A stretch of DNA of 34,913 bases from Alphaproteobacteria bacterium (lineage in GTDB: Bacteria; Pseudomonadota; Alphaproteobacteria; CAAHEQ01; UBA3637), in NCBI GenBank assembly GCA_045635125.1, contig JAZRBO010000093.1, positions 1-34,913 of the forward strand. Reading direction: 5' to 3'. The stretch's first letter is position 1; each line of letters starts with the position of its first letter. Positions 1-9,441 of the stretch are shown piece by piece. The notes below the pieces were generated by a model. That model made no database searches, had not been told where the DNA came from, and saw only the letters and a program-made list of their open reading frames with translations. A program made the translations under genes and the position numbers.

Positions 1-2
1 CA

Positions 3-1811
3 ATGTTGTTGAGTGGTACATTGAGTGAAATGATTGGTGCAAAATTAGAGGCAGTTCATACCCAAATTAATTGTCATATCCGAAAAAAGCTACATGAAGA
101 GTTTGACAGCTTTCCTATCGCTGAACGTAAAACGCGAAATCCGGAACATTTGATTGTAAACGAAACAGATATGCATTCGGCTTGTATACATTATATGGCC
201 TCTAAAGGCAATTTAATCGGGTCATTGATTGGTGCTGGTGTTTTTTCGGCTTCTACCCTTTTAACCGGTGGTTTGGCTAATATCCCATGGATGGCTGGTG
301 TTATGGGTGTTTCTGGTTTGTATTCATATTTGGTGAATAAACGAATGACTGAGAAAAAAATTCATTATAAAAATGAAATTCGTAAAAATCAAGCGGTTTT
401 TAGTGAACATAATCGTGATATGTATGCCAATACGACTGAGCGTGAAACAAATGATCCGACAAAGAAAGAGTATCACCGTTTAGATGAAAAATCTAACTCT
501 TTACAAGGTAGTATGAACCGTTTTGTGCGCATGTTAAGAAATTATTCTTTGGTCGAACTCGCCTTAAAAACAGGAATTGTTGGAGGCGCCGTTTTAGTGG
601 CTGCGGGAACAGGAGCTGTCAATATGTTGGTATTACCGATTGCAGCCCTCAGTTGTCAAGGAGCTGTAGTGCGTATTGTAAACTCGGCCTTTTCTTTGAA
701 AGAACATATTGGGACATTTGCTAATGCTTATAACAGTTTTAAATCAAAGGTTAAAAATATCACATTTGGTAAGTCAAAAGTGCCTCAACGTGCAAATACA
801 ATTGAGTTAGATCATATTACGGTTGCTCATCGGACGCAAAATGATATTACAACGCATCGTGATACACCGCTTTTTACCAGTGATGATAAATTAACTATTG
901 GTACAGGTATTACTGTTTTATCAGGAGCCAGTGGTGCAGGGAAAAGTTCTTTGATTAACATGTTGATGCATTCAGATGATCCGGTGAAGGGGGCTATTCG
1001 TATCGGATACACGGATGAACGCGGTCAATTTGTGGCAAATGATTATAAGGATTTGGCATTTGGGGAACCAGCCAGGCATATCGGAGTATCTTTGCAAGGG
1101 GCAATGCCGGCTAAAATGACGGTTGATGACTATATTCGGTTGGCTAATCCAAATGCAGACGAACAAAAGGTTCAAGAAGTTAAAGAGTTATTAGGTATTC
1201 GTGATGACGGTAATCCAGCCAGTATTTCACCAAATTTAGAAATTCGGGATAATAATTTATCTGGAGGACAACGAAATCGTTTGAATGTTGCTCAGGCCTT
1301 AATCAAAGATTCTTCGATTTTGATTTTGGATGAGCCAACGGCTGCTGTTGATGCTGCAATGAGTCAGAATATCGTGGATTATATTAATAAGATGAAGGAT
1401 GAAAAAACAATTGTTTATATTACGCATAGTGTTGATGAAATACGTGATTTACAAGCATGTCAAGCTTTGGATTTAGATAAACAGCCCAATGAAAAGATTA
1501 CTTGTTTAACACGGTATGATTTAACGGAAGCCGAAACGAAAGAAAGTTATTTGGATTTGTTTAAAAATCGTAAGGGTAGTAGTGAACGTTCTGAAAGTCG
1601 AGTTGGAAAAATTTCACGTGAATTAAGTCGTGTTTCTTATGCTTCATCTGAACGGTTGCCTGAAACACCGGAAAATACAGGAAGTCGTGAACGTATGGCA
1701 AGTCTTTTAAAAGAGCTTAGACGTATGGAAATGCAAGCCTGTGGTAATCATCGTTTTGTGCGTAAATATCTGAAGAAGGAGGTTAATAGAAATACTGGGG
1801 ATAGCAGATAG
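3..1811 (+). CDS. ABC exporter, fused membrane domain plus ATP-binding domain (5' end cut by window), with an atypical charged C-terminal tail
   Basis: The ORF is open to the window start. It has hydrophobic segments (GSLIGAGVFSASTLLTGGL, IVGGAVLVAAGTGAVNMLVLPIAAL). An NBD follows with Walker A GASGAGKSS, signature LSGGQRNRL, Walker B ILILDEPT and H-loop ITHS. The last ~100 aa are Ser/Arg/Glu-rich. Confidence 0.8.
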   Translation: MLLSGTLSEMIGAKLEAVHTQINCHIRKKLHEEFDSFPIAERKTRNPEHLIVNETDMHSACIHYMASKGNLIGSLIGAGVFSASTLLTGGLANIPWMAGVMGVSGLYSYLVNKRMTEKKIHYKNEIRKNQAVFSEHNRDMYANTTERETNDPTKKEYHRLDEKSNSLQGSMNRFVRMLRNYSLVELALKTGIVGGAVLVAAGTGAVNMLVLPIAALSCQGAVVRIVNSAFSLKEHIGTFANAYNSFKSKVKNITFGKSKVPQRANTIELDHITVAHRTQNDITTHRDTPLFTSDDKLTIGTGITVLSGASGAGKSSLINMLMHSDDPVKGAIRIGYTDERGQFVANDYKDLAFGEPARHIGVSLQGAMPAKMTVDDYIRLANPNADEQKVQEVKELLGIRDDGNPASISPNLEIRDNNLSGGQRNRLNVAQALIKDSSILILDEPTAAVDAAMSQNIVDYINKMKDEKTIVYITHSVDEIRDLQACQALDLDKQPNEKITCLTRYDLTEAETKESYLDLFKNRKGSSERSESRVGKISRELSRVSYASSERLPETPENTGSRERMASLLKELRRMEMQACGNHRFVRKYLKKEVNRNTGDSR

Positions 1812-1897
1812 CTGATATTAAAAATCAGAAATTTTTTGCTTGCAATTTAAAAAAACTGGTTGTATAACCAATTCTATATTATATAAGGAATTGTTAT

Positions 1898-2509
1898 ATG
1901 ACAAAGATTACATTACATAAAGGCGATTTGCCACAAAATATTGAATTTAAAGGTTCTGTAGCTGTTGATACCGAAACAATGGGATTGAGTTTGCATCGGG
2001 ATAGATTGTGTTTGGTACAATTGGGTGATGGCAAAGGAAATGCTCATTTAGTTCAAATCATAAATGGACAAGATTGTCCGAATTTGAAGCGATTGTTAAC
2101 AGATAAAAATATATTAAAGATTTTCCATTTTGCCCGTTTTGATGTGGCCAAGATAAAACATGATTTGGGTGTTGTTGTGGCACCGGTTTATTGCACTAAA
2201 ATAGCCTCTAAATTGTGCCGTACAAATGCGCCAGCCCATGGCTTGAAAAGCCTTTGCAATGATTTACTTGGGGTTGTGTTGGATAAGGAACAACAAACAT
2301 CAGATTGGGGTGCGGATAATTTAACGCAGGAGCAGCAACGCTATGCGGCTAATGATGTTTTGTATCTACATTCCTTAAAAGAAAAGTTGGATGAGTTGTT
2401 GGCGCGAGAGGGACGTACAGAATTGGCGTATGGTTGTTTTAATTTTTTGCCAATTCGTGCGGATTTGGATTTATTGCATTTTGATACGCCAGATATTTTT
2501 GCTCACTAA
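1898..2509 (+). CDS. RNase D-like 3'-5' exonuclease (DEDDy family, short form)
   Basis: Exo motifs VAVDTETMGL, FHFARFD and YAANDVLYL. The position upstream of kdsD is typical of alphaproteobacteria. Confidence 0.8.
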   Translation: MTKITLHKGDLPQNIEFKGSVAVDTETMGLSLHRDRLCLVQLGDGKGNAHLVQIINGQDCPNLKRLLTDKNILKIFHFARFDVAKIKHDLGVVVAPVYCTKIASKLCRTNAPAHGLKSLCNDLLGVVLDKEQQTSDWGADNLTQEQQRYAANDVLYLHSLKEKLDELLAREGRTELAYGCFNFLPIRADLDLLHFDTPDIFAH

Positions 2510-2524
2510 ACGGAGGGTTATGGG

Positions 2525-3496
2525 ATGACATCAAATGAGTTGATTGCTGTTGCTCAGCGTGTTTTGGATACAGAATCATCAGCGTTGCAGTTGATGAAAA
2601 CAACAATAGGAGAGGCTTTTGTTCAAGCTGTTCAGACAATTTTAGAGACAAAAGGTCGAGTTATTGTTTCTGGTATGGGAAAAAGTGGTCATATCGGACA
2701 AAAAATAGCAGCTACTTTTGCGTCAACGGGGACGCCAGCTTTTTTTGTGCATCCCAGTGAGGCTAGCCACGGTGATTTAGGAATGTTGACATCGGATGAT
2801 GTTTTAATCACAATATCTAACTCGGGTGAAAGTCGTGAGATGGGAGATATTATTTCTTATTCTCGTCGCTTTCACATTCCGATGATTGCTATTACAAGCA
2901 ATCCGGACAGTTCAATGGCTCGGTCGGCAGATATTGTTTTGTTAATTCCCAATAAAACTCAGGCTCCGGAAGCTTGTCCTTTGGGGTTGGCGCCAACAAC
3001 GTCAACGACAACGACACTGGCTATGGGGGATGCGTTGGCTGTAGCTTTAATTGAAATGCGTGGTTTTTCAGCCGACCAGTTCCGCGATCGTCATCCTGGC
3101 GGAAAATTGGGAAATGTTTTATTAAAGGTGGCTGATATTATGGCAAAGGATGAAGCTATGCCATTGGTTGGACCAGACATGATGATGGCAGATGCTTTGG
3201 TTGTTATGACGGCAAAAAGTTTAGGCTGTCTTGGTGTGGTTGATGCGTCGGGTTGTTTGATCGGTGTGATTACTGATGGAGATTTGCGACGCCACATGTC
3301 GGCCGATTTAATTGTTCGAAAAACATCAGATATTATGACAAAAAATCCTAAAGTAATTGCTCCTGATATATTAGGTGTTTCGGCTGTTGCTTTTATGAAT
3401 GAAAATAAGATTACAAATGTCTTTGTGGTAGATAATTCTGGTCGACCGGTTGGTTTATTGCACCTGCATCAATTGTTGCAAGCTGGAGTTGTTTAG
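2525..3496 (+). CDS. kdsD: Arabinose-5-phosphate isomerase (KpsF/GutQ family; SIS plus tandem CBS)
   Basis: SIS motif VSGMGKSGHIGQKIAATFASTG. The C-terminal CBS pair includes VVD..G.L.GVITDGDLRR. The gene sits directly upstream of the lpt genes. Confidence 0.9.
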   Translation: MTSNELIAVAQRVLDTESSALQLMKTTIGEAFVQAVQTILETKGRVIVSGMGKSGHIGQKIAATFASTGTPAFFVHPSEASHGDLGMLTSDDVLITISNSGESREMGDIISYSRRFHIPMIAITSNPDSSMARSADIVLLIPNKTQAPEACPLGLAPTTSTTTTLAMGDALAVALIEMRGFSADQFRDRHPGGKLGNVLLKVADIMAKDEAMPLVGPDMMMADALVVMTAKSLGCLGVVDASGCLIGVITDGDLRRHMSADLIVRKTSDIMTKNPKVIAPDILGVSAVAFMNENKITNVFVVDNSGRPVGLLHLHQLLQAGVV

Positions 3497-3505
3497 GGAG
3501 AATAT

Positions 3506-4540
3506 ATGTTTACGCCCCGCCTGTTTAAAATCAAAATGCATACACGTCGCGTCTTAATTTTTAAGCGTAGTTTGCCTGTTTTTGCTTTTTTTCTGGCAGC
3601 ATTAATGATCGCTTGGCCAACATTGTTTTCACAAAAAGAGCAATTTTCGTTGGCTGTTAAAAAAAATAAGAATCAGGCTATGTCGGATGTAGATATGGAG
3701 CAGGTTCGTTTTTTTTCACAGGATAAGAAAAGTCAACCTTTGACTGTTACGGCACCTAAGGTTCAAGAAACGGATCCAGAACGACAGATTGTGACATTAT
3801 TTGAGCCAACCGCAAGCTATAAAATGCAGTCAGGGGTTGTTTTAAATGTCAAAACATCATACGGTCTGGCTTTTCAAAAGGAGGAGTATCTTTATTTTGA
3901 AGAGGAATTAATCGCTACAACAGATACTGGTTATACGGCACGGGCGACACGTGTTCTGTGTGATTATAATGAGGATAAAATGGAAAGTGAAAGTCCTGTT
4001 TATGTTGACGGTCCAACGGGGCGTTTGCAAGCCGAAGGTTTTGTTGTTTATCATAAAGGAAATAATATTGATTTCAAGGGGAAAACGGACACACTTATTC
4101 ATTCAGTTGAAGGAGATATCCGTGTTCGTTCATCGGATGGCTTATTGGTTGATCAGGCGTTACAGACAATTACTGCTCAAAAAGACGTTATTGTTACACA
4201 GAACGACAAAACAATCATAGTAGACAAGGCGACGATGGTGTATAATACGGCGTCTCAAAACATAGATAACCGAATTGCTCAATTGGATATTGAGGGGAAT
4301 GTTGTGGTTACTTCTCCAACGCATAAAATGACAGGAGATAAAGGCATTTATGACCCCCGTTCTGAAACTTTGAAAATGGTTGGCAATGTTGTTTTGTATC
4401 AAGGTCCGAATAGGCTAGAAGGAGATTTGGCGACCGTTAATTTAAAAACAGGCGAAAGTACACTTGTTCCACGGCAAAAATCAATATCGGATAAGCCTGA
4501 ACGTATTCGGGGACAATTATTGCCCTCAAGTTTGAATTAG
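3506..4540 (+). CDS. LptC-like membrane-anchored domain fused to an LptA/OstA-like domain (single 344-aa ORF)
   Basis: N-terminal TM anchor LPVFAFFLAALMIAWPTLF, then an LptC-like beta-rich half. The second half has the LptA pattern (GNVVVTSPTHKMTGDKGIYDPRSETLKMVGNVVLYQGPNRLEGDLATVNLKTGES). It occupies the lptC+lptA slot between kdsD and lptB. RBS gggaga. Confidence 0.65.
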   Translation: MFTPRLFKIKMHTRRVLIFKRSLPVFAFFLAALMIAWPTLFSQKEQFSLAVKKNKNQAMSDVDMEQVRFFSQDKKSQPLTVTAPKVQETDPERQIVTLFEPTASYKMQSGVVLNVKTSYGLAFQKEEYLYFEEELIATTDTGYTARATRVLCDYNEDKMESESPVYVDGPTGRLQAEGFVVYHKGNNIDFKGKTDTLIHSVEGDIRVRSSDGLLVDQALQTITAQKDVIVTQNDKTIIVDKATMVYNTASQNIDNRIAQLDIEGNVVVTSPTHKMTGDKGIYDPRSETLKMVGNVVLYQGPNRLEGDLATVNLKTGESTLVPRQKSISDKPERIRGQLLPSSLN

Positions 4541-4549
4541 GAGGAAATT

Positions 4550-5287
4550 ATGGCAATTACATCACAACCAGGATTAGTTGTTTCACATCTGAGTAAAAGC
4601 TATAAAAAACGCTTAGTTTTACGGGATGTTTCCATGCATGTACAATTGGGGGAGGCTGTTGGATTGTTAGGACCGAATGGTGCTGGTAAGACAACCTCTT
4701 TTTATTGTGTGACAGGGTTGATCTCACCTAATTCTGGTAAAATTATGCTTAATGGCATTAATATCACTCGTTTTCCTGTTTACCGTCGGGCGCGTCTTGG
4801 TATCGGTTATTTGCCTCAGGAGGCCTCTATTTTTCGAGGTTTAAACGTGGAAGATAATATTCGAGCGGTTTTAGAGGTCGTTGAAAAGAATAAAGACAAA
4901 CGAGAACAAGAGTTGGATTCCTTATTGAAAGAGTTTTCAATTGAACATTTGCGTTTTTCGCCGGCACGGGCTTTGTCGGGAGGGGAAAGGCGGCGGCTTG
5001 AAATTGCACGGGCATTGGCGTCTCGTCCTTCTTTTATATTGTTAGACGAACCTTTGGCTGGTATCGATCCGATTGCAGTTGGTGAAATTAAAGAATTGGT
5101 TGGGCAATTGAAAAATAGGGGATTGGGTGTTTTGATTACAGATCATAATGTACGTGAAACTTTGGGGATTATTGATCGTGCCTATATTTTACACGACGGT
5201 GTTGTGTTGAAACAAGGGACCCCGGATGAAATTATTGCTGATGAAAGTGTGCGACGAACCTATTTGGGAAAAAATTTCTCATTGTAA
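4550..5287 (+). CDS. lptB: LPS export ABC transporter ATP-binding protein
   Basis: Walker A GPNGAGKTT, signature LSGGERRRLEIARAL, Walker B ILLDEP, conserved gene position, RBS aggagg. Confidence 0.92.
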   Translation: MAITSQPGLVVSHLSKSYKKRLVLRDVSMHVQLGEAVGLLGPNGAGKTTSFYCVTGLISPNSGKIMLNGINITRFPVYRRARLGIGYLPQEASIFRGLNVEDNIRAVLEVVEKNKDKREQELDSLLKEFSIEHLRFSPARALSGGERRRLEIARALASRPSFILLDEPLAGIDPIAVGEIKELVGQLKNRGLGVLITDHNVRETLGIIDRAYILHDGVVLKQGTPDEIIADESVRRTYLGKNFSL

Positions 5288-5362
5288 TTCATTTTTTTGT
5301 GGCAAAAAAAAGAAAAGTATGTATAATCGGTGCCACTGTTTGATTTTATGAAAGGATATAAC

Positions 5363-6457
5363 ATGACTCAGGAAACAAAGAAAATCGGTGTTTTGACAAG
5401 TGGTGGGGATTGCTCTGGATTAAATACGGCAATCCGTGCTGTTACATTTAGTGCATTGGCCCGCGGGTGGGAAGTATATGGTATTCACAATGCTACAGAT
5501 GGTTTATTCGTTCGGCCGATGTGGTACCAAAAATTAACAATGGCAGATTTTGAATTTCCGTATGCTGCTCTTGGCGGTACAATGTTGGGAACGAATAATT
5601 CTGGTAATCCGCATTTGTTGACTCGTGAAGATGGAACAGTTGAAGAATTAACAGATGAAGAGTTGAATCAAAGATTTGCAGATGGCGTCCGGGAGTTGGG
5701 TTTGTCCGCGTTGGTCGTTATCGGTGGAGATGGCTCTATGGCAATTGTCAGCAAATATTGCAAAGCTGCTGGTATTTCAATGATCGGCATTCCTAAAACA
5801 ATCGATAATGATGCTCCCGGAACAGAAACGGCTATTGGATTTGCAACGGCTCGTGAAGTGGTGTTGGACGCATTGGATAAATTAGATACAACAGCAACAA
5901 GTCATCACCGTGTTATGATTGCTGAAGTGATGGGGCGTGGTGCAGGGCATTTGGCTTTGCAATCGGCGATTGCTGGCTTTGCTGATGTTGCTCTTATCCC
6001 TGAAATTCCATATACATATGAAGGTGTTTTAGAACGTTTGCGCCAATCTTTTGCGGCGGGGCGTAAACACGCTTTAGTTGTTGTTGCCGAAGGTATTAAA
6101 AATCCAGAAGGAAAGCATGCTTTTGCAACAAATGGGCGTACGTTTGCTGGTGTTTCATCTTATTTTACGGAGCGTTTGGCTGCAGATGGCTTTAATGTTC
6201 GAGCTAATGTTTTAGGCCATATTCAACGGGCAGGTACACCGATTGCAGAAGATAGATTGTTGGCATCAGCCTTTGCTGTTCGGGCGATTGAATTGTTGGC
6301 AGAAGGTCAGAATAATCGGGTTGTTGTCTATCGTGAAGGACGTGTTCAAGATGAAGATTTGGATGAAATTTTAAAATTAGCTAATACGCCGGTTGATCCG
6401 AACGGAGCCATGGTTAACGTTGCTCGTAGTTTAGGTATTTACGTTGGCGAAAAATAA
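5363..6457 (+). CDS. pfkA: 6-phosphofructokinase (ATP-dependent type)
   Basis: Motifs GVLTSGGDCSGLN, IGGDGS, PKTIDND and MGRGAGHLAL. I prefer ATG 5363 (aaagga upstream) over the ORF-track start at 5330. Confidence 0.88.
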   Translation: MTQETKKIGVLTSGGDCSGLNTAIRAVTFSALARGWEVYGIHNATDGLFVRPMWYQKLTMADFEFPYAALGGTMLGTNNSGNPHLLTREDGTVEELTDEELNQRFADGVRELGLSALVVIGGDGSMAIVSKYCKAAGISMIGIPKTIDNDAPGTETAIGFATAREVVLDALDKLDTTATSHHRVMIAEVMGRGAGHLALQSAIAGFADVALIPEIPYTYEGVLERLRQSFAAGRKHALVVVAEGIKNPEGKHAFATNGRTFAGVSSYFTERLAADGFNVRANVLGHIQRAGTPIAEDRLLASAFAVRAIELLAEGQNNRVVVYREGRVQDEDLDEILKLANTPVDPNGAMVNVARSLGIYVGEK

Positions 6458-6510
6458 AGCTTGATTTTATTTTTAGAACTATTATATTATGTTATGTAAA
6501 GGAGAATAAA

Positions 6511-6687
6511 ATGGAAAAATTACAAAAACACTTGGACGCGTTAAAAAAACGTCATACAGAATTAGATGCAATGATTGCTGAAGAAATGGCTCATCCGATG
6601 CCGGACGATATCAAAATTCAGGAATATAAAAAACAAAAGTTAGCTATTAAGCAAGAAATTGAAGAAGTTGAAAAAGAATTAGCTTAA
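6511..6687 (+). CDS. Small coiled-coil protein, DUF465/YdcH-like (58 aa, below the ORF-track cutoff)
   Basis: ATG 6511 is preceded by aaaggag. The translation is MEKLQKHLDALKKRHTELDAMIAEEMAHPMPDDIKIQEYKKQKLAIKQEIEEVEKELA, and an intrinsic terminator follows. Confidence 0.6.
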   Translation: MEKLQKHLDALKKRHTELDAMIAEEMAHPMPDDIKIQEYKKQKLAIKQEIEEVEKELA

Positions 6688-6695
6688 CTTTCTTT

Positions 6696-6732
6696 AAAAA
6701 ATCCTCTACCATTTGGTGGGGGATTTTTTTTA
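6696..6732 (+). terminator. Rho-independent terminator after the DUF465 ORF
   Basis: Stem atcctctacc / ggtgggggat (10 bp including 2 G-U pairs), loop attt, then a T-run. Confidence 0.6.
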
Positions 6733-6795
6733 TAATTTCTTTGTTGACATTATTTTTTTTGTCCCTTAAACTGCAAAAAATAAGTTGGAGGAAAT

Positions 6796-8043
6796 ATGCT
6801 GAAACATCCCCTTAAGGTTTTTAATTTATCTGTTTTTTTGCAGACACAAATTTTTATGCTCCCCGTTCTCTTGCTTTTTTACCAACAAAACGGGTTAACG
6901 CTTGGTGATTATTTTCTTTTTCAGGGAATTTTTTCTTTAACGGCGCTATTATTTGAAATTCCTGCCGGTTATATTGGAGATATTTTTCCTCGTAAAAATA
7001 TTTTGATTTTGTCTTATGCTTTCTTTTTGATGCGTCTGTTTCTATGGTTTTTCTTTGCTCATTTAGGATATTGGATTATTCTGGCTGGTGAGATTTTATA
7101 TTCGGCATCAAAGGCTTTTTATTCAGGCGTTGCTGATGGCTATGTATATGATTATCTGAAAGAGAAAAATGCAACAAATCAGATGTTAAAAAAATATGGT
7201 CGTTTGAATTTTTGTATGTCAATAGGAACAGCTATATCTTCTTTGCTAGGGGCCTATTTTTATAGTTCATTTTCGCAATGGACGGAAGCCAATTGGGGGC
7301 GTAATTATGGTTTTTTGATTTTAATTTTAATTGAGATTATTTTTAATACGGCGGGAATTGCTCTTTTATTTGCCTTACCTAAATTGCCATCTGCTAAGAA
7401 AAAAGTAAATGGCTTGTGGGCAAAATATAAAGATTTATTTCGAATTACAAAATATGCTTTTTCAAATACGAATATTAAGTATCATATGTTTTATTCGGGG
7501 TTGTTGGCTGGGACGACAATGGTTTTTGTATGGAGTTTTCAACCGTTAATGAAAACAGCACTAATTCCAGTTTCTTTGTTTGGTGTTGTTTATTTTGCTA
7601 ACCATTTTTTTCGGGCTATGGCGGGATATCTTTTGCATAAAACAATGCGTTTGTTTTCTCTTTCAACGTTAGGTATTGTAACTTTTATTATGTTTGGCCT
7701 TTCTTTTTTGATAGCAATTAAAATGGCGTATATAGCTGGTCCGACGTTGTGGATTAATTTTGCAATGCTCTTTTTTATCTGTATTTCAATTGGGTTTCAG
7801 TTGTCTTTTACTTTGGCTAGTACAACACGTATTCATACTTTAATTAGTTCTGATATCCGATCGACTGTTATTTCTGTGAATAATATGATTGGCCGTATGA
7901 TGGCTGGATTATTTCTAATTTTATTTAAAGTATTGTTGGATGGTGCTACCATGCAAACAACCTTTTTCATTGGATTTACTGTTTTTACAATTGGTTTATA
8001 TCCTTTGTGGCGCATTGTTCATTTGTCGAAAGAATCAAATTAG
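6796..8043 (+). CDS. MFS-type multi-pass membrane transporter
   Basis: 415 aa and almost entirely hydrophobic helices (about 12). RBS ggagg. The substrate cannot be read from the sequence. Confidence 0.7.
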   Translation: MLKHPLKVFNLSVFLQTQIFMLPVLLLFYQQNGLTLGDYFLFQGIFSLTALLFEIPAGYIGDIFPRKNILILSYAFFLMRLFLWFFFAHLGYWIILAGEILYSASKAFYSGVADGYVYDYLKEKNATNQMLKKYGRLNFCMSIGTAISSLLGAYFYSSFSQWTEANWGRNYGFLILILIEIIFNTAGIALLFALPKLPSAKKKVNGLWAKYKDLFRITKYAFSNTNIKYHMFYSGLLAGTTMVFVWSFQPLMKTALIPVSLFGVVYFANHFFRAMAGYLLHKTMRLFSLSTLGIVTFIMFGLSFLIAIKMAYIAGPTLWINFAMLFFICISIGFQLSFTLASTTRIHTLISSDIRSTVISVNNMIGRMMAGLFLILFKVLLDGATMQTTFFIGFTVFTIGLYPLWRIVHLSKESN

Positions 8044-8086
8044 ATTTTAGTTGTTTTTTGGGGTATAATTTGTTATATTATATCCC

Positions 8087-9388
8087 ATGACAACATTGTT
8101 TGAACATTTAACAGAAAAGCCGTTGGCTGATCGGATGCGCCCTCAATCTTTGGAAGATGTGTTTGGGCAGGGACATTTATTGGGTGATAAAGGTCCTTTG
8201 CGTCGGATGATTGTTTCTGGTCGAATGAGTTCGTTTATTCTTTGGGGGCCACCAGGGTGTGGTAAGACAACTGTTGCTCGTATTTTGGCGCAGGAAACCA
8301 ATCTATACTTTGATTCTTTATCCGCTGTTTTTTCGGGTGTTTCTGATTTGCGTAAGGTCTTTCAGGAGGCTCAAAACCGGCGTCGATTGGGTAAGGGAAC
8401 GTTGTTATTTGTAGATGAAATTCATCGTTTTAATCGATCACAACAGGATGCTTTTTTACCATATGTGGAGGATGGAACGATTGTTCTTGTTGGTGCAACG
8501 ACAGAAAATCCTTCTTTTGAATTAAATAGCGCTTTGTTGAGTCGGGCAAAAGTTTTTGTGTTGAAACGATTAGATGATGAGGCGTTAGAACAAATTTTAG
8601 CAAAAGCTGAATCTTTGTTGAACCAACCCATTCCGTTGGATGAAGTTGGTAAGAGTTATTTAAAAAAGTTGGCAGATGGGGATGGACGTTATTTTATTAA
8701 TTTAATCGAAAGTGTTTTTCAATACGCATTGCCGAATGAAATTTTGGATCAGTCAGAATTGGAACAATTGCTTCAAAAGCGATTACCTAACTATGATAAA
8801 GATAGGGAAGGGCATTATAATCTGATTTCGGCGCTACATAAATCTTTACGTGGGTCTGATCCTGATGCTGGACTTTACTGGTTGGCTCGTATGGTGACGG
8901 CTGGTGAGGATATGAAATATATTTTGAGACGGCTTACTCGATTTGCGAGTGAAGATGTCGGTATGGCGGATCCAGGAGCTTTGGTACAAGCGCATTGTGC
9001 TTGGGATTCATATGAACGCCTCGGGTCTCCTGAGGGGGATTTGGCTGTCGCAGGGTTGGTTGTTTATTTAGCAACGGCCCCTAAATCCAACAGTATTGAG
9101 GCGGCATGGAATACGGTTCGTCATGTTGCCCAAACAACGGCAACCCTAATGCCACCAAAGCATATTTTAAATGCTCCAACAAAATTGATGTCAGAGTTAG
9201 GGTATCATCAAGGTTATCAGTATGACCATGATACAAAGGAAGGTTTTTCAGGACAGAATTATTTTCCGGATGATATGGCAAGACAAGTTTTTTATAAACC
9301 CGTTGAGCGTGGCTATGAACGGGAAATTAGGAAAAGATTAGCCTATTGGAATGATTTGCGTGAAAAAAAACATAATTCACAAAAATAA
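8087..9388 (+). CDS. rarA: Replication-associated recombination protein A (MgsA/RarA AAA+ ATPase)
   Basis: Walker A GPPGCGKTT, Walker B LLFVDEIHRFN, and a conserved MgsA C-terminal domain (SALHKSLRGSDPDAGLYWLARM). Confidence 0.92.
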   Translation: MTTLFEHLTEKPLADRMRPQSLEDVFGQGHLLGDKGPLRRMIVSGRMSSFILWGPPGCGKTTVARILAQETNLYFDSLSAVFSGVSDLRKVFQEAQNRRRLGKGTLLFVDEIHRFNRSQQDAFLPYVEDGTIVLVGATTENPSFELNSALLSRAKVFVLKRLDDEALEQILAKAESLLNQPIPLDEVGKSYLKKLADGDGRYFINLIESVFQYALPNEILDQSELEQLLQKRLPNYDKDREGHYNLISALHKSLRGSDPDAGLYWLARMVTAGEDMKYILRRLTRFASEDVGMADPGALVQAHCAWDSYERLGSPEGDLAVAGLVVYLATAPKSNSIEAAWNTVRHVAQTTATLMPPKHILNAPTKLMSELGYHQGYQYDHDTKEGFSGQNYFPDDMARQVFYKPVERGYEREIRKRLAYWNDLREKKHNSQK

Positions 9389-9441
9389 AACTTGATTTTT
9401 TGTAAATGATATGGGAAAAAGAAGAAAAACAAAGGGGAAAA

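Noticed and set aside
9397-9409. 13-nt identity (tttttgtaaatga) between the rarA/rlu intergenic region and 25418-25430
   Set aside because: A single 13-mer match in 35 kb of AT-rich DNA is expected by chance, and there is no extended similarity.
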